A DNA stretch of 64,000 nucleotides, taken from the NCBI GenBank assembly GCA_028708215.1, contig JAQVZL010000002.1, positions 1,605-65,604 on the forward strand, written 5' to 3'. Source of the DNA: Bacteroidales bacterium (lineage in GTDB: Bacteria > Bacteroidota > Bacteroidia > Bacteroidales > UBA932). Every line of letters starts with the position of its first letter. Within the stretch, counting starts at the first letter, position 1. The position numbers and the translations under genes were made by a program. A model generated the notes under the pieces. The model did no database searches. It worked only from the letters and a program-made list of their open reading frames with translations, and was not told the origin of the DNA. Shown here in pieces: positions 55,901 to 64,000 of the stretch.

Positions 55901-56268
55901 GATATTCTCTCCATAAATTCCTTAGGGTTAATTATGTACCTAATGTGTGTGCCACTTCCTACTTCTCCCTTACTATCAAAAGCTCTTACAGTAAAAAAAA
56001 GTTTTTTACCCTCTACTGCTGTTAATGTAGCTTGGGCAGAGACTTTATCTCCAACAGGAGTTGCTTTGGTGTGTTTTATATTAATTTCAATTCCTACTGT
56101 ATCTTCTGTTTCAGTCAAAAACAACTTAGCAAGTTGGTGGGCTGCATTTTCCATTAAAGCAACCATGCTAGGAGTAGCATAAACTTGAAGTAACCCTGAA
56201 CCATAATGTGCTGCACTTTCTCTCTGAGTAACTAGTTGTTCAACTGTTAGTGTTTTGCCAATCTCCAT
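55897..56268 (-). CDS. Hotdog-fold thioesterase (FlK-like / COG5496-type)
   Basis: 123 aa. GSGLLQVYATPSMVALMENAA and the HTKATPVG pattern. There is a 4-nt overlap with the downstream yihY-like gene. Confidence 0.65.
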   Translation of the reverse strand: MEIGKTLTVEQLVTQRESAAHYGSGLLQVYATPSMVALMENAAHQLAKLFLTETEDTVGIEINIKHTKATPVGDKVSAQATLTAVEGKKLFFTVRAFDSKGEVGSGTHIRYIINPKEFMERIS

Positions 56269-56271
56269 AGT

Positions 56272-57447
56272 CTATAATATTTTAGATGCTACCTCTTCAA
56301 AGCCTTCCATCTCACTAATTTTAGGGGACCCCATAACTTCTACAGGAGGAGCTACCATTTCCCAAGACATTTTTTCTGCGAAAGGGATAAGCGATTTCAA
56401 ACCACCACCACTCCAGCTGTAAGATCCAAAAAGAGCATAATTTTTATTTTTAGGGTTTAAAATCTCTAACTCATTACAAAGATGTTGCATTTTAGGATGC
56501 ATCTTTGAATTATATGCACTCGAACCTAAAACAACAGCTTTATATTTCCATATATCGTTTAGTATATATGAGGCATCTGTTTTAGAGACATCATAGATAC
56601 GAATATTCTTAACTCCTCTTTGGGCAATTAATCTAGCAAGGTAGTCTGCCATTTTCTCTGTATTCCCGTACATAGAAGCAAAAGCAATAACTACTCCCTC
56701 TTCTGCTTCATGCAGGCTCCATTTATTGTACAGTCCAATTACCTTTTCGGGGTTTGTACGCCAAACAGGGCCATGAGAAGGACAAACAAACTTAACTGGA
56801 ACACCAGAAAGTTTAGCAAGTGCTTTTTGTACCATATGGCTATATTTACCAACAATATTAGAGAAGTATCTTCTCATCTCATCTTCGTAAAAAGAGAAGT
56901 TGATTTCATCGTCAAAAATAGCACCGTCTAAAGTCCCAAATGAGCCAAAAGCATCACATGAAAATAGCATTGCATCTGTGGTATCATATGTCATCATTGT
57001 TTCAGGCCAGTGAACCCAAGGGGTCATAACAAATTTTAATTTATGATAGCCTAAGTCTAAAGTGTCTCCATCTTTCACCTCATGAATTCTCTCTTTCTCT
57101 ACACCATAGTAGGCATCGAGCATCTTAAATGCTTTGTTATTAGAAACAATTTTAACCCCAGGGTAACGCTTAATAATCCAACCAATCATACTAGAGTGAT
57201 CTGGTTCCATATGGTTTATTATAAGATAATCTAATTGTTTGCCTTGTAATATAGATTCTATCTCTTCTAAATAATCGTCTTTAGAGCCAAACTCTAATGT
57301 GTCTATAAGAGCTGTTTTATTGTCTGCAATAAGGTAAGAGTTATATGAAACTCCATATGGGAGAGGCCAATTATTTTCGAAAAGGTGCTTTCTTCTGTCG
57401 TTTGTTCCTATGTAATGAACTCTGTTTGAAACTATTATCTTTTTCAT
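56272..57447 (-). CDS. FprA-type flavodiiron protein (metallo-beta-lactamase-like domain + flavodoxin-like domain)
   Basis: 391 aa. Di-iron motif NHMEPDHS, and a C-terminal flavodoxin-like IAFASMYGNTEKMA. Confidence 0.85.
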   Translation of the reverse strand: MKKIIVSNRVHYIGTNDRRKHLFENNWPLPYGVSYNSYLIADNKTALIDTLEFGSKDDYLEEIESILQGKQLDYLIINHMEPDHSSMIGWIIKRYPGVKIVSNNKAFKMLDAYYGVEKERIHEVKDGDTLDLGYHKLKFVMTPWVHWPETMMTYDTTDAMLFSCDAFGSFGTLDGAIFDDEINFSFYEDEMRRYFSNIVGKYSHMVQKALAKLSGVPVKFVCPSHGPVWRTNPEKVIGLYNKWSLHEAEEGVVIAFASMYGNTEKMADYLARLIAQRGVKNIRIYDVSKTDASYILNDIWKYKAVVLGSSAYNSKMHPKMQHLCNELEILNPKNKNYALFGSYSWSGGGLKSLIPFAEKMSWEMVAPPVEVMGSPKISEMEGFEEVASKIL

Positions 57448-57505
57448 CTAAATACTGTTTAATGTTAAAGATTGTTAATTATAAATAATCTGTAAAGTTA
57501 ACGAT

Positions 57506-59548
57506 TTATTTGATTAATTTAAAAAAATCACCCTCTGTTAATATCTTGATTCCTAGCTGTTTGGCTTTATCAAGTTTTGCAGGGCCCATTTTTTGCCCAG
57601 CAACTAAGTAAGATGTCTTAGAAGATAAACTATTAACATTTTTACCCGAATGCTGTTCAATAATCTTTTTAAGTTCGTCCCTTGGAATAGAAAACAGCCC
57701 AGATACAACAATAGACTTCCCTTCTAAACTAGCAGATATTGAACTGTTTTCTATCTCTTGGGCCTCAAGTGTAATCCCTTTTTTCTTTAGTTCATCAATA
57801 GAGGTTATGTTCGCTTCTATAGAGAAAAAACTCAAAACAGATTCTGCCACAGAATCACCAATATCATCTACCTCTAAAAGCTCCTCTTTAGTGGCTTTTA
57901 TAATGCTATCTATACTTTTAAAATGATTTGCTAAGCTTTTTGCAGTTGCCTCTCCAACAAATCTTATTCCTAACGCATATAGAACTCGGTAAAAAGGAGC
58001 AGATTTAGATTTCTCTAGACTAAGAATAAACCTATCTGCAGATTTTTCTTTCCACCCCTCCATGCGTAAAAGCTCTTCCCGGGAGATATTATAAATATCA
58101 GATAAATGCTTTAGATAGCCAAGGTTAAACATTTGCTCTACAGTAGCTTCTCCTATAAGTATATTCATGGCTTTTCTACTACAAAAATGAAGAAACCTGC
58201 CCTTAATTTGCATTGGGCAACCATTATAGTTTGGGCAGTAGTGTTTTGCCTGCTCTACTTCTCTCTCCAACTTAGTTCCACAGTCTGGGCAAAACTCTGG
58301 AAAATGGGGCTTAATAGCATTCTTATCTCTTTTAGAGATATCTACTCCAACTATTTTTGGAATAATTTCTCCTCCCTTCTCTATAAACACTCTATCTCCA
58401 ATATGAACATCTATAAGATCCATCTGATCTTGATTGTGCAAAGATGCTCTTTTTATGCTACTACCAGAGAGTAAAACTGGGTAAAGATTTGCTACAGGAG
58501 TAATTGCCCCTGTTCTTCCAACCTGATAGTCTACAGATATAAGCGTTGTAACTGCCTGTTCTGCTCTAAACTTATAGGCAGTTGCCCATCTAGGATATTT
58601 AGAAGTAAAGCCAGCTTTTTGCTGTAACTCCATGCTGTTTAACTTAATAACAATACCATCTGTAGGAAAGCTTAAGTTTTTACGTTCAATATCCCAATGA
58701 TCTATAAAGTTAAATACTTCTTCTAGATTGTTACAAACCTTAGAATATTCAGGTACTGGAAAGCCATTCTCTTTAGCCCATAAAAGAGACTCCATATGGT
58801 TTTTGAAAGAAATCTGGTCACTTACAACGGAGTAAAAAAAAGCTCTAAGACCTCTCTTGGCTGTTTCTTTGGCATTAAGCAATTTTAAAGAGCCTGCTGC
58901 TGCATTTCTAGGGTTAGCAAAAAGAGCTTCTTCATTCTCTTTCTTTACTTTATTAAGTTTATCGAAAGAGCTCCAAGGCATATAGATTTCTCCTCTAATT
59001 TCAAAATTACAAGGCCCTTGATTGTTATAAATTTCATGTGGGATTCCCTCAATGTTTTTTACATTTTGGGTTACATCGTCTCCCTCTGTTCCATCTCCTC
59101 TAGTTATTGCCCTTACTAGTTTATTGTTTTCATATGAAAGCGATATTGCAGACCCATCTATTTTAAGCTCACATACATAAGAAAAATTGCTTTCTGTAAT
59201 TTTTGCAACCCTCTCATTAAAGGAGTATAAATCTTCTTTATTATAAGTGTTACTTAAAGATAGCATAGGGTGTTTATGAGCAACCTGAACAAACACTCTT
59301 GAAGGTTCTTTAGGCTCATTTTTGACTTTATTAGAAGATAAATCACTTCCAATTTTTAATGTTGGAGAGTTTTCAGAATAATATTCAGGATATTTAGACT
59401 CCAAGAATTGTAGCTCTTCAAGAAGAATATCAAATTCAAAGTCAGATATTAATGGCTTATTATTAACATAATAGAGTTCATTATGCTTCTCTATCTCATC
59501 TCTTAGAAATAGAATTCTTTTTTTGGCGTTGTTTTTGTTAATCTTCAT
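57506..59548 (-). CDS. ligA: NAD-dependent DNA ligase
   Basis: 680 aa. Adenylation motif CELKIDGSAISL, a Cys4 Zn finger (CPDCGTKL...CPNYNGCP), an HhH region and a C-terminal BRCT domain. Confidence 0.95.
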   Translation of the reverse strand: MKINKNNAKKRILFLRDEIEKHNELYYVNNKPLISDFEFDILLEELQFLESKYPEYYSENSPTLKIGSDLSSNKVKNEPKEPSRVFVQVAHKHPMLSLSNTYNKEDLYSFNERVAKITESNFSYVCELKIDGSAISLSYENNKLVRAITRGDGTEGDDVTQNVKNIEGIPHEIYNNQGPCNFEIRGEIYMPWSSFDKLNKVKKENEEALFANPRNAAAGSLKLLNAKETAKRGLRAFFYSVVSDQISFKNHMESLLWAKENGFPVPEYSKVCNNLEEVFNFIDHWDIERKNLSFPTDGIVIKLNSMELQQKAGFTSKYPRWATAYKFRAEQAVTTLISVDYQVGRTGAITPVANLYPVLLSGSSIKRASLHNQDQMDLIDVHIGDRVFIEKGGEIIPKIVGVDISKRDKNAIKPHFPEFCPDCGTKLEREVEQAKHYCPNYNGCPMQIKGRFLHFCSRKAMNILIGEATVEQMFNLGYLKHLSDIYNISREELLRMEGWKEKSADRFILSLEKSKSAPFYRVLYALGIRFVGEATAKSLANHFKSIDSIIKATKEELLEVDDIGDSVAESVLSFFSIEANITSIDELKKKGITLEAQEIENSSISASLEGKSIVVSGLFSIPRDELKKIIEQHSGKNVNSLSSKTSYLVAGQKMGPAKLDKAKQLGIKILTEGDFFKLIK

Positions 59549-59586
59549 AATTTAGGTTACAAATTTATATAATTTTTAATTATTAT

Positions 59587-59594
59587 TAACTTTG
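59587..59594 (+). promoter_or_regulatory. Candidate -7 box TAACTTTG for the phosphofructokinase gene
   Basis: TAnnTTTG match 21 nt upstream of ATG 59615. Confidence 0.3.
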
Positions 59595-59614
59595 TTGGTT
59601 CAATATATAAAGAA

Positions 59615-60862
59615 ATGAAAAAAACGATTGTTATTTTAACGGGAGGAGGTCCCGCACCAGGCATTAATACTGTAGTTGGCAGTATTGCTAAAACGTTTAT
59701 ATCTAATGGATTTAGAGTCTTAGGTCTTAATGGAGGTTACAAAGGTCTCTTTTCTGAGAAGCCAGATTTTGTAGAATTTGACTTTCTATTGGCAGACTCA
59801 ATTTTTAACAGAGGAGGTTCTTTTTTGGTAATGAGTAGATATAAACCAACAAATGACGACTTTGACAATAATTTTAACCTTAATTTCTTCATAGATAATA
59901 GTATTGAACTTTTAGTTACTATTGGTGGAGACGATACTGCATCTACAGCAAATAGGGTAGCAAAATATATTGTTGAGCACAATCACCAAATATCTAATAT
60001 ACACGTTCCTAAAACTATAGACAACGATTTACCACTCCCTCTTCAAAGACCAACTTTTGGTTATGAGTCTGCTAAATCAGAGGGAGCAAGACTTGCAACC
60101 ACGGTTTACGAAGATGCCAGAACAAGTAATAATTGGTTTGTTGTTTGTGCTATGGGGCGTTCTGCTGGTCACCTCGCATTTGGAATAGGCTCTGCAGCTC
60201 ACTATCCTATGATAGTTATTCCAGAGATGTTTAATAAGACACCAATTACTATAGATAAAATAGTTAAATTAGCTATCTCTTCTATAGTTAAGAGAATTAT
60301 ATTAGGAATAAACTATGGAGCAGTAATGATCTCTGAAGGGGTTTTCCACGAACTTAGCGACGATGAACTTAACAAATCTGGAGTAACCTTCTCTTATGAC
60401 GACCATGGCCACCCAGAACTAGGCAAGGTTTCTAAAGCGCATATTTTCAATGAAATTTTAGAAAAAAGACTAAGAGCCATTGGCCTTTCTACTAAATGTA
60501 GGCCAGTAGAGATGGGATATGAGTTAAGGTGTCAATATCCAAGTGCATACGACCTTGTATATTGTACTGAATTAGGAATAGCTGTTCATCAATTATTTAC
60601 AGAAGGAGAGACTGGGTGTATGGTTTATATAGATCACTTAGGTAAAGTTAAACCTCTCTTACTTAAAAATATACAAGACCCAGTTACAGGAAAGATTCTT
60701 CCAAGACTTGTGAATTTAGAATCAGACAGAGTTCAAGTAATTATTAATAACATATTACACTACATATCTGAAAGTGATTATGAGGCTGCCTCTAAGGTAA
60801 TTTCTAATCCAGAAGAGTACGACTTTAGAAAAGTACTTAACTGGTCTGATAATGAAAAGTAA
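59615..60862 (+). CDS. 6-phosphofructokinase, predicted pyrophosphate-dependent type
   Basis: 415 aa. GGDDT (Asp in place of the Gly of ATP-dependent GGDGS) and PKTIDND (Lys in place of Gly) are the two residues classically correlated with PPi specificity. Confidence 0.75.
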   Translation: MKKTIVILTGGGPAPGINTVVGSIAKTFISNGFRVLGLNGGYKGLFSEKPDFVEFDFLLADSIFNRGGSFLVMSRYKPTNDDFDNNFNLNFFIDNSIELLVTIGGDDTASTANRVAKYIVEHNHQISNIHVPKTIDNDLPLPLQRPTFGYESAKSEGARLATTVYEDARTSNNWFVVCAMGRSAGHLAFGIGSAAHYPMIVIPEMFNKTPITIDKIVKLAISSIVKRIILGINYGAVMISEGVFHELSDDELNKSGVTFSYDDHGHPELGKVSKAHIFNEILEKRLRAIGLSTKCRPVEMGYELRCQYPSAYDLVYCTELGIAVHQLFTEGETGCMVYIDHLGKVKPLLLKNIQDPVTGKILPRLVNLESDRVQVIINNILHYISESDYEAASKVISNPEEYDFRKVLNWSDNEK

Positions 60863-62528
60863 AATTATTATATATCAAGTGCTACCAAGAATATTTGGGA
60901 ATACAAATAGTAGTTGTATTCCCAATTCTTCTTATAAAGAGAATGGATCTGGGAAGTTAGAAGACTTTTCGGTTGAAGTTTTAAATGAGATTAAAGAACT
61001 TGGAGTCTCCCATATTTGGTTTACTGGAGTAATAAGACATGCAACTAAAACCTCTTTTGAAGAGTTTGGCATTAAAGCTAACCACCCCCATATTGTTAAA
61101 GGTGAAGCAGGCTCACCATACTCTATAACAGATTATTACGATATATCACCTGAACTCTCAGTAGATGTAAATAGTAGATTAAAAGAGTTTCAAAACCTAG
61201 TTAAAAGAGTACATAGTTGTGGTTTAAAAGTATTAATAGACTTTGTTCCTAACCATCTCTCCAGAGAGTATAAATCACTTCAAAAACCATCAAAAGTAAG
61301 AGACTTTGGAGAAGATGATAAGAGTGATTACTCTTTTCACCCAATGAATAACTTTTACTATATACAAAACCAGACATTTATCTCTCCAATAGCTAACTCA
61401 TTAAGCGAGTCTGAAAAATTATTATCTCCCTATACAGAAACTCCTGCTAAAGTAACAGGAAACAATTGCATTACAGCTACTCCTAGTAAAGACGATTGGT
61501 TTGAAACTATTAAATTAAATTATGGTGTAGATCTATTTAACTCAAACAAAAAACATTTTAACCCTATTCCAAACACATGGATAAAAATGAGGGAAGTGCT
61601 CTTTTATTGGTTAGAGATGGGAGTAGATGGATTTAGATGCGACATGGTAGGTATGGTTCCCCAAGAGTTTTGGCAATGGGTTATTAGAGAGGTAAAGCAG
61701 AAGTTTAATGACTCTCTATTTATTGGAGAACTATATGAAAAAGAGAAGTATAACTCTTTTCTTAATTTCTGTAAATTTGATTTATTATATGACAAAGTGG
61801 GCCTTTACGATACTTTAAAAGGAGTTGTAAGAAGAGAGAGAAGTGCTACCGAAGTCTCTTACTGCTGGCAATCTTTAGATGGGATTGAAAACCAGATGCT
61901 TAACTTTCTTGAAAATCACGATGAGGTTAGAGTTGCGTCTCCTTTCTTTGCAAACGACCCTTTAAAAGCCTTTCCAGCACTAACTGTCTCTCTAATGCTC
62001 AACAATGCTCCATTTATGCTCTATTTTGGGCAAGAATTAGGAGAAGAGGGAATGAACAGTGAAGGATATAGTGGAATAGATGGGCGCACCTCTATTTTTG
62101 ATTACTGTTCAATTAAGTCTATAAGAGAATGGCTGTTAGGCAATAAAGATAACAAAATTAGAGAACTCTATAGAAGAGTATTAACTATTGCTACGCAAGA
62201 AGAGGCTATTTATAACGGTAGCAGATACGATATTCAATATGCAAATGGCTATTCCCACTCATACAACCCAGATAGACATTACTCATTTGTAAGAAAATGT
62301 TCAGATTCTCTAATTATAGTAATAGCAAACTTTGGAGAGCCCCTTGCAACAATCTCTTTAAATATGCCTAAAGAGATGTTTAATTACTTTAATTTAAGCA
62401 ACCACAATTCTTATATGGCAGAGAATTTACTCACAGGAGAGAAAACAACTTTAAAGCTCTCTTTTAAAGAAAAAATTAGTATTAAAATAGAGAAAGAGGG
62501 TGTAGCTATAGTTAAACTATTACTTTAA
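60852..62528 (+). CDS. GH13 alpha-amylase family glycoside hydrolase (cytoplasmic, no signal peptide)
   Basis: 558 aa. GH13 regions I-IV are present: DFVPNH, GVDGFRCDM, IGELY and FLENHDE. The start overlaps the PFK gene by 11 nt. Confidence 0.8.
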   Translation: MKSKIIIYQVLPRIFGNTNSSCIPNSSYKENGSGKLEDFSVEVLNEIKELGVSHIWFTGVIRHATKTSFEEFGIKANHPHIVKGEAGSPYSITDYYDISPELSVDVNSRLKEFQNLVKRVHSCGLKVLIDFVPNHLSREYKSLQKPSKVRDFGEDDKSDYSFHPMNNFYYIQNQTFISPIANSLSESEKLLSPYTETPAKVTGNNCITATPSKDDWFETIKLNYGVDLFNSNKKHFNPIPNTWIKMREVLFYWLEMGVDGFRCDMVGMVPQEFWQWVIREVKQKFNDSLFIGELYEKEKYNSFLNFCKFDLLYDKVGLYDTLKGVVRRERSATEVSYCWQSLDGIENQMLNFLENHDEVRVASPFFANDPLKAFPALTVSLMLNNAPFMLYFGQELGEEGMNSEGYSGIDGRTSIFDYCSIKSIREWLLGNKDNKIRELYRRVLTIATQEEAIYNGSRYDIQYANGYSHSYNPDRHYSFVRKCSDSLIIVIANFGEPLATISLNMPKEMFNYFNLSNHNSYMAENLLTGEKTTLKLSFKEKISIKIEKEGVAIVKLLL

Positions 62529-63771
62529 TTATATCTTCCCAACTAGTTGTATACCTAGGAGAAAGATTATTTCTATTTGATTTTATTTTATCTACTCCTT
62601 GCGAAGCTGTAACTAAAGTGTCTCGGCCATATTTTAAATTAACATCGTCTAAGCTTTTCATAAGATTTGCCTCTTTAGTGAGATCTCCTTCATAGAAAAG
62701 AGATGCAGTTCTCTCTTGTTTCCTACTAATTTCTGTGAAAATAACACCAGCTTTTTTATAGCCATAGCCCTTTTTAAGAATTTTAGAGATTCCCCCACAA
62801 GCAATACTAACTAGATTTAAGGTGTTGTCGGTTGGATTTTCCAGAGGAATTACTGCACTTTGGTAGTCTCTATAAAAGCCCTCTTTAAATGGGTTTGTAT
62901 ATGCAAAAAGTAATATTCTAGAGACCACTCCATTTTGAGCTCTTAACTTCCTAGCACAAGTAGTAGTAAACTCTGCCACAGCCATAATAACCTCTTCATG
63001 GTTATAAAGGTCTTTTGCAAAGCTTCTGCTAGTACATATCTGCTGTTTATCTGGTACATTCTCTTCAATAGAGAAGCAAGGCTCACTATTTAACTCTTTC
63101 CATGTTTTTAAACCTGTTATTTTCATTTTAGATTTTACCCACACAGGGCTAAGAGAGACAAAATCAGAGGCAGTAGTTACTCCATTTCTATTTAACATTT
63201 GAGAGTATCTCCTCCCAATACCCCAAACATCTTCTATAGGGAATTTTTTCAACACTTTATCAATCTCTTTTTGCCTGTACATTACACAGCTATTGTTAAG
63301 CTTAGGATATATTTTACAAAGCTTAGTTGCAATTTTTGCTAATGTTTTACTATTAGAGACACCAATACTTACAGGAATTCCAGTATTCTTTTTAACTCTA
63401 AACGCCAACTCTTTTACCAACTTTTTAACCTCTTCGGCTTCAATCCCCTCTAGGTTTAAAAAAGCTTCGTCAATAGAATAAACCTCAGTAGATGGAACAG
63501 CCATTGCAAGCGTATTCATAACCCTAGAAGAGATATCGCCATAAAGAGCAAAATTAGAAGAGAAAACTTTAACATTTTCCCTTTTAATAAGATCTTTAAT
63601 TTTAAAAAGAGGTTCACCCATTCTAATGCCCAACCTTTTTGCCTCTTGCGAACGAGAAATAACACACCCATCGTTATTGCTTAGAACAATAACAGGCTTT
63701 CCATTTAAAGAGGGGTTAAAGAGCCTCTCACAACTAACATAAAAATTATTGCAATCTGCTAATCCATACAT
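62512..63771 (-). CDS. umuC: Y-family translesion DNA polymerase (UmuC / Pol V catalytic subunit-like)
   Basis: 419 aa. LADCNNFYVSCER and YSIDEAFLNL retain the catalytic acidic residues. Confidence 0.8.
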   Translation of the reverse strand: MYGLADCNNFYVSCERLFNPSLNGKPVIVLSNNDGCVISRSQEAKRLGIRMGEPLFKIKDLIKRENVKVFSSNFALYGDISSRVMNTLAMAVPSTEVYSIDEAFLNLEGIEAEEVKKLVKELAFRVKKNTGIPVSIGVSNSKTLAKIATKLCKIYPKLNNSCVMYRQKEIDKVLKKFPIEDVWGIGRRYSQMLNRNGVTTASDFVSLSPVWVKSKMKITGLKTWKELNSEPCFSIEENVPDKQQICTSRSFAKDLYNHEEVIMAVAEFTTTCARKLRAQNGVVSRILLFAYTNPFKEGFYRDYQSAVIPLENPTDNTLNLVSIACGGISKILKKGYGYKKAGVIFTEISRKQERTASLFYEGDLTKEANLMKSLDDVNLKYGRDTLVTASQGVDKIKSNRNNLSPRYTTSWEDIIKVIV

Positions 63772-64000
63772 TTTTAGCGTATTTATCTACTAAAATTACC
63801 AAAAGAGTACCCATTAAAATAGAGGAGTAATTTGCTACCAAGTCTAGCCAATCTGAATCTCTACCAGGTATAATAGCTTGGAGAGCTTCGGTAAATGAAG
63901 CAACAACAATACCAGTTATAAAGAGTGCCGAGTATGCAAACTTAGAAGTTATTTTTTTTATTTGACCTCCAAAAGCAAACCATGCCGAAAAAGGGAAAGG
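63746..64000 (-). CDS. VanZ family membrane protein, C-terminal ~84 codons (5' part outside the window)
   Basis: Absent from the ORF track because it is truncated. The reverse-complement frame reads ...FAYSALFITGIVVASFTEALQAIIPGRDSDWLDLVANYSSILMGTLLVILVDKYAKNVWISRLQ*, with the VanZ-like E..Q...PGR..D..D...N pattern. The stop is at 63746-63748, and the ORF overlaps the umuC start by 26 nt. Confidence 0.6.
   Translation of the reverse strand, partial: PFPFSAWFAFGGQIKKITSKFAYSALFITGIVVASFTEALQAIIPGRDSDWLDLVANYSSILMGTLLVILVDKYAKNVWISRLQ

Noticed and set aside
1-64000. Searched by eye for CRISPR arrays, tRNA/rRNA genes, transposases, integrases, phage genes, toxin-antitoxin pairs and defence-system hallmarks (nucleases, helicases or methyltransferases in islands).
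   Set aside because: None found. Essentially every stretch over 100 bp is covered by a recognisable housekeeping or metabolic ORF, and no direct-repeat/spacer pattern or terminal inverted repeats were seen.

Overview
This is a gene-dense, AT-rich chromosomal segment with about 56 CDS and almost no non-coding DNA. It looks like core genome of an anaerobic member of the Bacteroidota. That is an inference from several things: TAnnTTTG-type -7 boxes 20-45 nt upstream of many start codons, no obvious Shine-Dalgarno sites, lipoprotein and outer-membrane beta-barrel genes, a PPi-type phosphofructokinase, HydG, and a flavodiiron protein. I recognise no rRNA, tRNA, CRISPR array, transposase, integrase or phage gene. 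The centrepiece is a 15-gene plus-strand operon (21038-35926) that encodes the whole lysine-to-acetate/butyrate fermentation pathway. Its gene order is atoD-kal-kce-kdd-kdd'-kamA-kamB-like-kamC-like-kamD-kamE-atoA-thiolase-bcd-etfB-etfA. Three features of the operon deserve a second look. One is a two-gene NTPase module, a deviant P-loop protein plus a MutS-domain-V-only ATPase, wedged between kamA and kamDE; it is a presumed B12-aminomutase reactivase. The second is a tandem pair of diverged 3,5-diaminohexanoate dehydrogenase paralogues. The third is that the two CoA-transferase subunit genes lie about 9.4 kb apart. Other points of interest: (1) A minus-strand FNT channel / cysteate-synthase-like PLP enzyme / SulP transporter trio sits downstream of carAB and may supply a sulfonolipid precursor. 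(2) The one long non-coding gap (13332-13798) carries four copies of a 16-bp palindromic motif next to an XRE-type HTH gene. (3) A perfect 15-bp inverted repeat lies between mscS and the lysine operon. (4) hydG stands alone without the other hydrogenase maturase genes. (5) The DUF255/YyaL homologue has lost its thioredoxin-type Cys motif. The rest is housekeeping: htpG, pruA, pyrD, cinA, queA, fadD-like, carAB, ispG, relA/spoT, ligA, pfp, a GH13 enzyme and umuC. I found no convincing defence system or mobile element. All functional calls come from my own motif and family recognition on the supplied translations; no database search was run.
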